Source of the DNA: Candidatus Enterousia sp.
Lineage (GTDB): Bacteria > Pseudomonadota > Alphaproteobacteria > Rs-D84
Length of the DNA stretch: 64,000 bases
Direction of reading: 5' to 3'
Assembly: GCA_045636045.1 (NCBI GenBank)
Contig: JAZTWT010000019.1
Location: 15,355-79,354, forward strand
In this document: one piece after another, positions 34,285 through 43,911 of the stretch
How positions within the stretch are numbered: position 1 is the first letter of the stretch
How the letters are laid out: each line of letters opens with the position of its first letter
Position numbers and translations under genes: made by a program
The notes under the pieces: model-generated
Seen by the model: only the letters and a program-made list of their open reading frames with translations
What the model was told of the DNA's origin: nothing
Database searches by the model: none

Positions 34285-35421
34285 TCAAAACCAACCCTTT
34301 TTATCAGATTTCAATCCTGCAAACTCAGTCAACACCTTCTTTTGCTTATCCGTCAATTTTGTTGGTATTTTTATAGCAATTTCTATATACAAATCACCAT
34401 AACTGCCACTGCGACGAACACTTGGCATACCGTGTCCACGGACACGCAATTTTTCGCCAACCTGGGTTCCTGCAGGCACCTTAACATCTAACTTTTTATC
34501 GTCAATGGTTTCAACCTCGACTTCACCCCCCAGCGCCAGTGTCGTAAACGGCACATCCATACGCATAATCAAATCATCACCACGCCGTTCAAAACGCTTA
34601 TCTGACCGAACACGCACATCTAAATAGAAATCACCTGCAGGCGCACCATTTGAACCTGCCTCGCCCTGACCAGCCAGACGCAAGCGCGCCCCATCTTCAA
34701 TTCCTGCTGGAATTTTCACCTCTAATGTACGCTGTTTATGCTGGGTTCCCGTACCATCACATTCAGAACATTTTTTATCAATCTTTCTACCCAAACCATT
34801 ACATTCTGGGCACGGTGTTTCCATTGCAAAGAATCCCTGACGCGTATGCACAAAACCACTGCCACCACAACGCGAACAACTTGGGGCCGGTTTACCATCT
34901 GCCGTACCATACCCATTACATTTTTCACATTTAACATTACTGGAAAATTTAACAGTATGCACCTTGCCAAAATATGCATCTTTTAAATCAATCACAACTT
35001 CATCCAGCAAATCACGCCCACCGCGTTGCGGCGCACCACGACTGGTCGACGCACCACCACCAAAATCACCAAATCCAAAACCACGCATTGCCTCGCGCAG
35101 GATATCTTCCATTCCTGCACCACCCCCCATATTAAAATGGAATGCACCATCACCAAATGGATTACCCCCACCGAATCCGGCACCTGCACCATTACCATTT
35201 GCAAACGCTGCGTCTCCGAATCGGTCATACGCCGCACGCTTTTGCGGATCTTTTAAAATATCAAATGCATTATTAACTTCCTTGAACTTTTCTTCTGCAT
35301 CCTTGTTATCTGGATTTCTGTCCGGATGATATTTCATCACTAACTTATGATACGCTTTTTTAATATCAGCATCTGTCGCATCACGGGCCACGCCCAAAAC
35401 TTCGTACGGGTTTTTATTCAT
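34285..35421 (-). CDS. dnaJ: Chaperone DnaJ
   Basis: ORF 34285-35469; start moved to ATG 35419-35421 (MNKNPYEVLGV). J domain with HPD, G/F-rich region, and four CxxCxGxG zinc motifs. Confidence 0.95.
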   Translation of the reverse strand: MNKNPYEVLGVARDATDADIKKAYHKLVMKYHPDRNPDNKDAEEKFKEVNNAFDILKDPQKRAAYDRFGDAAFANGNGAGAGFGGGNPFGDGAFHFNMGGGAGMEDILREAMRGFGFGDFGGGASTSRGAPQRGGRDLLDEVVIDLKDAYFGKVHTVKFSSNVKCEKCNGYGTADGKPAPSCSRCGGSGFVHTRQGFFAMETPCPECNGLGRKIDKKCSECDGTGTQHKQRTLEVKIPAGIEDGARLRLAGQGEAGSNGAPAGDFYLDVRVRSDKRFERRGDDLIMRMDVPFTTLALGGEVEVETIDDKKLDVKVPAGTQVGEKLRVRGHGMPSVRRSGSYGDLYIEIAIKIPTKLTDKQKKVLTEFAGLKSDKKGWF

Positions 35422-35558
35422 GATATTTGTCCATATGGTTTTTGTTGTTAACAAATATATAAGTTGCACACATCAAAAATTCAACCCCAAAATATGAATT
35501 AGGCGGAAATTCTTTAGACTTGCGTAAAATTTAAAAATGTTTTAATAATATTATCATT

Positions 35559-37538
35559 ATGACAGAAAAAAATACACACACATACGATGCATCGGATATC
35601 CAGGTTCTCGAAGGTCTTGAGCCCGTTCGCCTGCGCCCAGGAATGTACATTGGTGGCACAGACGAAAAGGCATGGCACCACCTGCCGATTGAAATTATGG
35701 ACAATTCCATTGACGAAGCCGTTGCTGGCTTTGCCAAGAAAATAACCGTAAAATTAATCGATTCTAAAACGATTGAAATTGCCGATGATGGTCGTGGAAT
35801 ACCAGTTGACGAACACCCAAAATATCCTGGCAAATCCGCGCTAGAGGTTATTTTAACAACACTGCATTCTGGTGGTAAGTTTAATAATAATGTTTACAAA
35901 ACCAGCGGCGGTCTGCATGGCGTAGGTTCTGCCGTGGTAAATGCCCTATCGTCTGAAATGATTGTTGACATCGCACGCGATGGTTATAATTGGCATCAAA
36001 CATTTTCGCGTGGTATAACCACATCCCCTATGACACGCGGCGACGCAACCAAAGCGCACGGCACAAAAATCAGATTTACAATCGACGATGAGATCTTTGG
36101 CGCAAACGCCGTATTCAAACCAGTAAAAATTTATCGCATGGCCCGGGCCAAAGCATTTCTGTCACGCGGTGTAAAAATTGAATGGGTATGTAATCCAGAA
36201 TTATTAACCGAAGACATGAACATTCCTGCCAACACAACATTCTTTTATCCGAATGGCGTTGCAGACTTCTTGGCGGAAAAGACAGATAACAAACCACGCA
36301 TCTTGCCACGCATATTCAGTGGCAGCGTAGATTTTCCTGACGACTGTGGCCGCGTTGAATGGGCATTAACATTTCTAACCGACGAAAACGGTGCTGCATC
36401 TGATGACGGATTCTTTTCATCATACTGCAACACAATCGCAACAATTGACGGCGGCACGCACGAAACCGGTTTCAAATCCGCAATAACCAAGGGGATTAAG
36501 GCATACGGCGAAAAAGTTAACAACAAGACCGCATCAACAATCATCGGCGAAGATGTATTTGATTCTGTGGCTGCTATTGTATCTGTATTCTATAAAACAC
36601 CACAATTTCTTGGACAAACCAAGGAAAAATTATCCAACCCTGAGGTTGCACGTTTCACTGAAAACGCACTGCGTGACCCGTGGGAAATGTTTTTGGCATC
36701 TGATCCCAAAACCGCAAACGCATTATTGGAATTTGTTGTTAATCTGGCAAATGCACGCATCAAAACCAAACAGATCAAAGACGTCGCACGTAAAACCCCA
36801 ACAAAACGCATTCGCATGCCCGCAAAATTGGCGGATTGTTCGAAACATGGAATCGCTGGCACAGAATTATTTATTGTTGAGGGGGAATCAGCTGGTGGAA
36901 CCGCAAAACAGGCACGTGATCGTGCAACCCAGGCGATTATGCCCCTGCGCGGCAAGGTTTTAAATGTTATATCAAATTCTGATGAACGTTTCGGCGCAAA
37001 CAAAGAATTAAACGATTTGATTGACATTATTGGCGCTGGCACTGCCAAAGATTGGAACGAAGATAAATTGCGTTATGAAAAAATCATTATCATGACCGAT
37101 GCTGACGTTGACGGCAGCCATATCGCATCATTATTGATGGCATTCTTCTATCAATTCATGCCCCAGTTAATTTACGGCGGCCACCTGTATTTATCATGTC
37201 CACCACTGTATAAACTGACATGCGGCACCGAATCGATATATGTTGATACAGACGAAGAATTAGAAAATCTAAAGGCAAATAAATACAAAAATAAACGTGT
37301 TGAAATTTCACGATTCAAAGGTTTGGGCGAAATGATGCCAAATCAATTAAAAGAAACAACCATGTCACCCAAGACACGCAGATTGATTCGTGTTGACCTG
37401 CCACCGCGCACCGAAGAAGGGGCCGAAGACACAGAAAAAACACGCACAATCGTATCCGAACTGATGGGCAAAAAACCAGAATTCCGTTTCAAGTTCATAA
37501 CCGAACACGCCCAGTTTGTTAAAGATTTATTCGTATAA
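35559..37538 (+). CDS. parE: Type IIA topoisomerase B subunit, most likely topoisomerase IV ParE
   Basis: GHKL ATPase (LEGLEPVRLRPGMYIG), Toprim EGESAGG, and the PLRGKVLNV motif. At 659 aa it fits ParE better than the ~800-aa GyrB. Confidence 0.7.
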   Translation: MTEKNTHTYDASDIQVLEGLEPVRLRPGMYIGGTDEKAWHHLPIEIMDNSIDEAVAGFAKKITVKLIDSKTIEIADDGRGIPVDEHPKYPGKSALEVILTTLHSGGKFNNNVYKTSGGLHGVGSAVVNALSSEMIVDIARDGYNWHQTFSRGITTSPMTRGDATKAHGTKIRFTIDDEIFGANAVFKPVKIYRMARAKAFLSRGVKIEWVCNPELLTEDMNIPANTTFFYPNGVADFLAEKTDNKPRILPRIFSGSVDFPDDCGRVEWALTFLTDENGAASDDGFFSSYCNTIATIDGGTHETGFKSAITKGIKAYGEKVNNKTASTIIGEDVFDSVAAIVSVFYKTPQFLGQTKEKLSNPEVARFTENALRDPWEMFLASDPKTANALLEFVVNLANARIKTKQIKDVARKTPTKRIRMPAKLADCSKHGIAGTELFIVEGESAGGTAKQARDRATQAIMPLRGKVLNVISNSDERFGANKELNDLIDIIGAGTAKDWNEDKLRYEKIIIMTDADVDGSHIASLLMAFFYQFMPQLIYGGHLYLSCPPLYKLTCGTESIYVDTDEELENLKANKYKNKRVEISRFKGLGEMMPNQLKETTMSPKTRRLIRVDLPPRTEEGAEDTEKTRTIVSELMGKKPEFRFKFITEHAQFVKDLFV

Positions 37539-37540
37539 CA

Positions 37541-37570
37541 AAAAAACACCGAAAATTCGGTGTTTTTTTT
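37541..37570 (+). terminator. parE terminator
   Basis: AAAAAACACCG-AAAA-TTCGGTGTTTTTTTT. Confidence 0.75.
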
Positions 37571-37634
37571 ATCTTCCATGATTGACAAGCATTTTTTCAT
37601 AACTAATATATCCATATATAACAAAGGATAAAAC

Positions 37635-38156
37635 ATGGGCTTTTTTAGTATTTTTAAACACAAAAACATAAACAAACCTGAAACAAATGAAACAGGCAAA
37701 CAAAAAACAAACATTCCTGAAAATCACATCAGCAAAAAGAAAAAAAATACATACACAATAATGTTCAATGTAATGTCAGAACACGAAATGCTTGATCTGT
37801 GCAAATCTGCAAAACTACCTGTTATTGAAATCAATGGTGTAAAGCAAGAAGCAAAAACAGGCTGGATAACCTGTTTACCATTTCCAAATCCGTGCGCAAC
37901 AGAAATGATGACAGGTCATGAAATACTGCGTGAAGTTATGGGCGATAAAATATCCGCAACAATTATCGAATATCTGGATAAATATACCGGAAAACCCGTT
38001 GTCCAGGTCTACCCAGAAGGCTGGTACGTGTTCGATAAATACGAAGCTGATTATATGCTGCACCTGAATCATGCATCACGTCGCGATTTAAACAAACAAT
38101 TAAGATTACGTGAACAAAAAATAAATGACTATCTGGCAACCCAGAAACAACGATAA
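37635..38156 (+). CDS. Hypothetical protein
   Basis: 173 aa with a Lys/Asn-rich N-terminus. No recognised motifs. Followed by a strong bidirectional terminator. Confidence 0.45.
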   Translation: MGFFSIFKHKNINKPETNETGKQKTNIPENHISKKKKNTYTIMFNVMSEHEMLDLCKSAKLPVIEINGVKQEAKTGWITCLPFPNPCATEMMTGHEILREVMGDKISATIIEYLDKYTGKPVVQVYPEGWYVFDKYEADYMLHLNHASRRDLNKQLRLREQKINDYLATQKQR

Positions 38157-38163
38157 ACAATCA

Positions 38164-38203
38164 AATGAATAAAAAAACGGCGATTGCCGTTTTTTTATTC
38201 ATT
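38164..38203. terminator. Bidirectional terminator (37635-38156 / Cys-rich protein gene)
   Basis: Extended perfect palindrome AATGAATAAAAAAACGGC-GATT-GCCGTTTTTTTATTCATT. Confidence 0.75.
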
Positions 38204-38216
38204 TTTATTTATTCCA

Positions 38217-40397
38217 CTATTCCACATTCGTGGACTGCACCGTTTTTTGACATACACCATAACTATCTCGCTCCTCATCATCGTTGCATGTTTTGACACA
38301 CGCACTTCCTGAAACCTCGTACCCTGAATTACACTTGCAATGCGAATTAACATCTCCACTACCTGATGTCTGATACGTTGAATTTTCCGGACACAATAAT
38401 GACTGATAAAACATTTCTGATATTGATGCAATGCACGTCTGCGCATCATTAGACGGACAACTATTCCCATCATCCTTAAACACTGCATACGCACATGTCA
38501 ATGCCACATTTCTGCACGCACCGGCCAGAACCCTCTGAACACTGCCAACATTTGCACCCGAAGCCCATGTGTTAACCTGGGTTATTTGTGAATTATAGCA
38601 ATCTGCAATATCAACAATACAACTTGATGCATATTCTGAAATAATCCTGCTTTGGGCCGCGCGAATGTTCACCATTGCACGCTGAATATAATTCACAACA
38701 ACATCATTATATGGTTGATAAACACCTTCGGAATTATATGTATACGCCTGACACTTGTCCAAAACCGCGCGACATAACCCTTCTTCCGTCACCTTTTGCT
38801 TGGTCCCAATCTTCTGCAATAAATATTTAGCAACGCATTTTGGTCCATTGTTACCCGTACAATTTGTCATATTTATAGTTGTTGTCTCATACGCACCTTT
38901 CAAAAAGTCCTCAACAATCACTGCATTATTATAAGATGTCATAAATTTCTGAATATCCGATACCTTTTGCCCCAGAACAACCTCGCCATTTTCATCAATA
39001 TAAATCTTGGTCGGATCAACACATTTATAGTATTTTTCACCACAAACCATTTCATCTTTCATACAGGCTTCCAATGCGCCGATACACCCCTTGGCATCAT
39101 ACATGTTTTTATTCTGCAAAACCGCCAAACGCGCCTTTTGCAACATACGATTTGCACTGCCGACATTCGCGACCAATGTTTCATTCATCTTCTTTAAGCC
39201 TTTCTCGTACGCAATACAATCTTTATCAATCGCCAAATCATAATTACCTGTGATTTGTGATGTTGTCGACCCCGCTTCCTTGCACTGGGTCAAGACTGTA
39301 TTACAGCGTTTCTTGGCCGCACGGTACAATTCATCCCCACGCAGATTTGAAAAACTTCCTGTATTACCCGTCCCCAGAAAATCCAAATTAAATATATCAA
39401 CACTTTCAGAAGAAAAATCTAAATCCAAATCCAGACCAAAACTGTCCGATTCTGTAAATGTTGCCGTATTTGAAACCGGGTCACGAATTAATTCTTCTAT
39501 CTGTTCCAACATATTACGATTTTCAGAATTATCCGTTGTCCCCGACAACGCTTCTTCTGCCTCGGTCTCGGTCAGAATTGCACGAATTTCATCCGCAGAC
39601 AACCCAACATAACGGATACGCTGTGCGACCTCATTTAATTTATTATTTGCATCTTTAACCGCTTCTTCAACCTTGGTATATCTGGATAAATTCGACGAAC
39701 ACGAACAACGTCCCTGGTTTGCATCAATTACCGCACAGAATTGATCCATACAATCATTATACTGTTCCTGACAGGACTTGTTCAATTCTGCCGTCTGTTC
39801 CAGACGCGATGTTGCCTCAGCAATACTTTCTGCGGTCACTTCTTTTTTTGCCGCACGTGAATGCACAGAACGCAACTGTTCATCTATATTCGACCCTGTC
39901 TGAAGCCCCGTATCACCAATTGTTGCACGTCCACCAACCTCGGCCGTACTGGGGCGCAATGTCACACCTAATCTGCGCACTGCTGGATTACTGTTAATAC
40001 TGGCATCCGCAACGCGCTTATTACGCCCAACGGTATTTACCGCCGCATCCAAACCACTGCGCGCATCTGTCACAGATTTCACAGAACGCGATACAACCGC
40101 CCCCCTGACCTGCTGTAGTTTAGAATCATTATTTTGCTTAACCACTGGCGTGCCAGCAAACACACGCGATACAGCACTGCGCACAGCAGTACTTTCCGGC
40201 ATATCTGTTGTCTTACCTTTTTCCGACACATCAACCGCACGCGTTGCCGTACGTGCAACCGTTGTACGATTTGAAACCTCTTGTGCCTTAACATCAGATG
40301 AACTGGTTGGAATTACACGCGAAACAGCACCATCGGCACCAAATGCACCGGGCGCAGTTAAAAACACACCGAAAAAACACAACAACAGTTTTTTCAT
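38217..40397 (-). CDS. Large secreted Cys-rich protein, unknown function
   Basis: Signal MKKLLLCFFGVFLTAPGAFG. An Arg/Ser/Val/Thr-rich low-complexity region of about 180 aa follows, then ~520 aa with many spaced Cys residues (CQEQYNDCMDQFC, CSCSS, CIGALEACMKDEMVCGEKYYKC, CKCNSGYEVSGSACVKTC). Confidence 0.7.
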   Translation of the reverse strand: MKKLLLCFFGVFLTAPGAFGADGAVSRVIPTSSSDVKAQEVSNRTTVARTATRAVDVSEKGKTTDMPESTAVRSAVSRVFAGTPVVKQNNDSKLQQVRGAVVSRSVKSVTDARSGLDAAVNTVGRNKRVADASINSNPAVRRLGVTLRPSTAEVGGRATIGDTGLQTGSNIDEQLRSVHSRAAKKEVTAESIAEATSRLEQTAELNKSCQEQYNDCMDQFCAVIDANQGRCSCSSNLSRYTKVEEAVKDANNKLNEVAQRIRYVGLSADEIRAILTETEAEEALSGTTDNSENRNMLEQIEELIRDPVSNTATFTESDSFGLDLDLDFSSESVDIFNLDFLGTGNTGSFSNLRGDELYRAAKKRCNTVLTQCKEAGSTTSQITGNYDLAIDKDCIAYEKGLKKMNETLVANVGSANRMLQKARLAVLQNKNMYDAKGCIGALEACMKDEMVCGEKYYKCVDPTKIYIDENGEVVLGQKVSDIQKFMTSYNNAVIVEDFLKGAYETTTINMTNCTGNNGPKCVAKYLLQKIGTKQKVTEEGLCRAVLDKCQAYTYNSEGVYQPYNDVVVNYIQRAMVNIRAAQSRIISEYASSCIVDIADCYNSQITQVNTWASGANVGSVQRVLAGACRNVALTCAYAVFKDDGNSCPSNDAQTCIASISEMFYQSLLCPENSTYQTSGSGDVNSHCKCNSGYEVSGSACVKTCNDDEERDSYGVCQKTVQSTNVE

Positions 40398-40490
40398 TCT
40401 CTTCCCAGAATTATAACATAAAAAACAATTATTTAAAACAGTAAAATACTAACTAAACACCAACCACTCTGACCACCAGCAGAGATACCA

Positions 40491-40973
40491 TCAGATTTTA
40501 ATTTTCAGCATGTTGGTATGGGCTAATGCTATGGCAATCGCATCTGCTTCGTCTGCTGTTTTTGGATGCGCCATCGGCAGCAGCATTTTTACCATTTTAT
40601 CAACAGCAGATTTATCCGCATGCCCAGCCCCGGTCAGTGCTTTTTTTATCACATTCGGTTCATATTCAAAAACCGGAATATCACTTTCTGCAACCGCAAC
40701 AATCGCAGATGCACGCGCCTGCCCTAACAACAATGTTGTTTTCGGATTTTTATTAACAAAAATAATTTCAATACTGCATTCATCAGGTGAATAAGTTTCA
40801 CAAATTTTTCGCAATTCACGAAATATCGTCACCAATCGCTGTGCCATCTCCATTTTTGGATTTGGCAAAATCACACCACTTGCAATATATTTGCGCGATT
40901 GCCCCGTTGAATCCACCACCGCCCAACCTGTATGCAACAAACCCGGATCAATTCCCAAAACACGTGTCGTCAT
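40491..40973 (-). CDS. ruvC: Holliday junction resolvase RuvC
   Basis: VLGIDPGLLHTGWAVV N-terminus, 160 aa, RNase H-like fold motifs, DEADAIAIAL near the C-terminus. Confidence 0.9.
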   Translation of the reverse strand: MTTRVLGIDPGLLHTGWAVVDSTGQSRKYIASGVILPNPKMEMAQRLVTIFRELRKICETYSPDECSIEIIFVNKNPKTTLLLGQARASAIVAVAESDIPVFEYEPNVIKKALTGAGHADKSAVDKMVKMLLPMAHPKTADEADAIAIALAHTNMLKIKI

Positions 40974-41344
40974 TTTGATTTTTTCACCACACGGCGTTTA
41001 GTCGCCTTTACTTCTTTAACAGAAATAATATTTTTATACCACCCCAAGAACGGAGCACGAATACCACATGTCTTTATATCATAGGTTTTTCCTACCTTTA
41101 ACCCTGCAAATAATTCATCTGAACGAAACTTGGCAAAAAATAACAAATTAGTATTCCGCAACACTTGGCCATCTTTTGTGTATACCATGTATTGGGACGA
41201 ACCTGCATCTGCACCATATTTTAAATATTTTATCGTCACACGTTGTGTCTTAATTGTCGAATATTGATACACCACACGCACAAACATCCAAACACCAAAC
41301 AACGCCAAAGTATACAGTACTTCATCCAAAGTCATATCGTCCAT
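40970..41344 (-). CDS. Membrane-anchored small protein, DUF1523-like
   Basis: One N-terminal TM helix. VLRNTNLLFFAKFRSDELFAGLKVGKTYDIKTCGIRAPFLGWYKNIISV resembles my memory of the DUF1523 pattern. Its stop overlaps the ruvC start by 4 nt. Confidence 0.5.
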   Translation of the reverse strand: MDDMTLDEVLYTLALFGVWMFVRVVYQYSTIKTQRVTIKYLKYGADAGSSQYMVYTKDGQVLRNTNLLFFAKFRSDELFAGLKVGKTYDIKTCGIRAPFLGWYKNIISVKEVKATKRRVVKKSK

Positions 41345-41373
41345 ATTTTACCCCTTTTGTTACTTTCTAAAAC

Positions 41374-41802
41374 TTATTTTTTTATTTTATCCACAGACCA
41401 AATACATCTATTTTTAGTCCCCAATAAATAATAATGCTTTATACGATATTTTTGCCCAACCTTTATTTTCTTAAATTCCTGATCTGTCAACCTAGGCATC
41501 ATATTTAACCAAACAAACGGCTCAAACAATATCATAGTTAAGTTAAACCCATTCCATACTTCAAAACAACGATTATCATTGACACACAATATCTTTACAG
41601 TCTTTCTACCAACCTTAACTATTTCCTTTTTTTTAACAACCAATACTTCCGTTTTAATTGTACACCAAACATATATAAAGTACATTAACAACAAACAAAG
41701 CAATAAATTAATTGGTTGCATCGTTTCAGGCAAATTTTCCGACATCAGCTTATACAAAACAACAATCGGACAAAACAGCAAAACAAATAAAACTATTTTC
41801 AC
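41374..41802 (-). CDS. Membrane-anchored small protein, paralog of 40970-41344
   Basis: Two N-terminal hydrophobic helices. The C-terminal FKKIKVGQKYRIKHYYLLGTKNRCIWSVDKIKK parallels FAGLKVGKTYDIKTCGIRAPFLGWYKNIISVKEVK. Confidence 0.45.
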   Translation of the reverse strand: MKIVLFVLLFCPIVVLYKLMSENLPETMQPINLLLCLLLMYFIYVWCTIKTEVLVVKKKEIVKVGRKTVKILCVNDNRCFEVWNGFNLTMILFEPFVWLNMMPRLTDQEFKKIKVGQKYRIKHYYLLGTKNRCIWSVDKIKK

Positions 41803-41813
41803 CCCACCCCCCT

Positions 41814-42143
41814 TTACTTTCTAAAACTTATTTTACTTACTGCATTATAACCAAAGTATTTATTTATCTTTTTTATAATCTCGTCAGACCTGTACGACAA
41901 CTGCAACGCATACGCTGGCACCGCCGGTCTGATAACAACATTAAATGTATTATCCCTGTTTTTTCTTATTGCTGCCAATCGTGCAACAGACGCTATATCC
42001 ACCCCCATAATTTCGTCCCACCGCTGCACCAAATCCGAATCCGATGCACGCACACCAAAGATTCTAATCAAACCGCCCAACGCCCCACCAATCGTCTGGG
42101 GGCGTTTTGAACGTTCTTCAAATTTCTTAGTTTGGTTTGACAT
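41814..42143 (-). CDS. DUF721 (DciA-like) protein
   Basis: IGGALGGLIRIFG...LVQRWDEIMG.DIASVARLAAI......FNVVIRPAVPAYALQLSYRSDEIIKKINKYFG fits the DUF721 pattern. The start overlaps the mltA 3' end by 17 nt. Confidence 0.65.
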   Translation of the reverse strand: MSNQTKKFEERSKRPQTIGGALGGLIRIFGVRASDSDLVQRWDEIMGVDIASVARLAAIRKNRDNTFNVVIRPAVPAYALQLSYRSDEIIKKINKYFGYNAVSKISFRK

Positions 42144-43227
42144 AACTGTATTCTTTTGGCATCAAGATAAACATTTGCCCCTGGGCATGTTGCCCCTGGG
42201 CGAACCTATACGCTTCGTCACCTTTGCCAAAGAAAATATCCGCACGAATCCACCCACGAATCGCACTGCCTGTATCCTGGGCAATCATCAGACGACGAAA
42301 CGCACGTCCATCTGACAGATTTGTATTAACATAGACCGGCAACCCCAATGTATACAAATCATCATCCATTGCAACGCTGCGAATCTTGGACAACGGCGTT
42401 CCCAATTTACCAATAACATCTGGTGGTGTTGATTCATAAAAATAAACATAGCGCGGATTTTTATAAATCACATCTTTTGCCAATTCTGGATTCGCCTTCA
42501 GATGTTGCCATACCGCCTCAGAAGAAAAGCCACCTTTAGGTCTAATACCACGCTTACGCAGTTCTTCACCGATTGATTTGAACGGCATATCATTTACCGC
42601 CGCAAAGTTCAATTTTACATCCGTCCCATCTTCCAGACGCAGATTCCCGGATCCCTGAATTTGAATATTTTGCACATCAACAATATTTGCCCAATACAAA
42701 ACACGCCCAATTTGTTTTTCAACAATATCCTTTTTTGACACACCCTTGTACTTACGCCCATCAGTTGGGATTCCCATCAACGGCTCATTACAAACAGATG
42801 TTTTTGTACGACAGGCCGGAATTATTGGGGAATAATACCCTGTATATGTTCCTTTATCACCACCATTATCATTAAAGATTTGATACGGCTGAAAATTCGA
42901 TTCAAACCATGCACGCACCGTTGCGATATCTGCAGACGCGCTTGGCAACATTCTGCATTTTTCTGCAAACAATTCTTTATCTGGAATCAAACGCCCCGTG
43001 TATTGAATTTTTGCCTTGCATGAATTACGAAATGCCTGCAATGCATATCTGACATCATCTTCACGCCACCCCGGCAAATCAGAATAAGACACGCGTTTAA
43101 AATTAGATGGTATTACCGAATTATCCCCAACAACTGTTGGTGTTGACACATCACAAGACGCCAATACAAACGCAGACAAAACAGCAATAAAAGAACGAAA
43201 AATTACATTTTTTTGAAAAAATTGCAT
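42127..43227 (-). CDS. mltA: Membrane-bound lytic murein transglycosylase A
   Basis: ORF 42127-43245 opens with GTG; I used ATG 43225-43227 instead (MQFFQKNVIFRSFIAVLSAFVLASC, with a lipobox). MltA-specific and 3D domain motifs are present (AQDTGSAIRG.IRADIFFGKGDEA). Confidence 0.75.
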   Translation of the reverse strand: MQFFQKNVIFRSFIAVLSAFVLASCDVSTPTVVGDNSVIPSNFKRVSYSDLPGWREDDVRYALQAFRNSCKAKIQYTGRLIPDKELFAEKCRMLPSASADIATVRAWFESNFQPYQIFNDNGGDKGTYTGYYSPIIPACRTKTSVCNEPLMGIPTDGRKYKGVSKKDIVEKQIGRVLYWANIVDVQNIQIQGSGNLRLEDGTDVKLNFAAVNDMPFKSIGEELRKRGIRPKGGFSSEAVWQHLKANPELAKDVIYKNPRYVYFYESTPPDVIGKLGTPLSKIRSVAMDDDLYTLGLPVYVNTNLSDGRAFRRLMIAQDTGSAIRGWIRADIFFGKGDEAYRFAQGQHAQGQMFILMPKEYSYVKPN

Positions 43228-43340
43228 TTTTACCAATCCCCCCACTTGTAAAACATTTTTATAATGCTATATTAACATAAAATCGGGACACAAGTCCAGA
43301 CATATAAGATTAAAAACAAAAACACCGAAGGAGAAAAACC

Positions 43341-43766
43341 ATGGCAAAATTTAATATTATTTCCCAGTTTTTAAAGGATATTTCTTTTGAAAGCCCAAAC
43401 GTACCAGAATTATTCTTTAAAAACGATAACGGCCAGGCGAAATTAGAAATCAACATTGACATTCAAATCAAAGGCGCAGACAATAATTTGTTCATGGTTG
43501 ATGTAATTACCAAGGTTCATTCAAAACTGGAAGCTGGCGATAAATCAATCTTTCTGATTGAATCAACATATTCTGGCCTGGTACAACTGGAAGAAGAAAA
43601 AGACGAAGAAGACAAAAAACGCACACTGTTAATTGATGTTCCAACATTGTTGTTCCCATCCGTTCGCGCGCTGATTACACGTTTAACATCTGAATCTGGT
43701 TTCCCAACATTTACAATGCAGCCGGTTGATTTTGCACAACTGTATGAACAGAAACAGGCAAAATAA
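43341..43766 (+). CDS. secB: Protein-export chaperone SecB
   Basis: 141 aa. FNIISQFLKDISFESPN, LLFPSVRALITRLTSESGFP and an acidic segment match the SecB pattern. Confidence 0.85.
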   Translation: MAKFNIISQFLKDISFESPNVPELFFKNDNGQAKLEINIDIQIKGADNNLFMVDVITKVHSKLEAGDKSIFLIESTYSGLVQLEEEKDEEDKKRTLLIDVPTLLFPSVRALITRLTSESGFPTFTMQPVDFAQLYEQKQAK

Positions 43767-43779
43767 TAAACACACAATT

Positions 43780-43806
43780 AAAAAATCCCCAAATCGGGGA
43801 TTTTTT
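43780..43806 (+). terminator. secB terminator
   Basis: AAAAAATCCCC-AAAT-CGGGGATTTTTT. Confidence 0.75.
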
Positions 43807-43840
43807 AATACCCAATATACTTGCAAGCACACAAATCAAT

Positions 43841-43908
43841 GTAATTTAGATAAAAAAAAACCGATGACACAACAAGTCACCGGTTTATATATTCCAGAAA
43901 ATTATTTT
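43841..43908. repeat. Related shorter element, copy D
   Basis: GTAATTTAGATAAAAAAAAACCGATGAC acaacaa GTCACCGGTTTATATATTCCAGAAAATTATTTT. Shares the TTTAGATAAAAA left flank and the AATTATT right flank. Lies between the convergent secB and yebC. Confidence 0.5.
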
Positions 43909-43911
43909 CAC

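Noticed and set aside
35559-37538. GyrB as an alternative call for the type IIA topoisomerase B subunit.
   Set aside because: The length (659 aa) lacks the ~150-aa insertion typical of proteobacterial GyrB, so ParE is more likely. Only phylogeny or the genomic presence of a second paralog can settle this, so the call is kept at moderate confidence.
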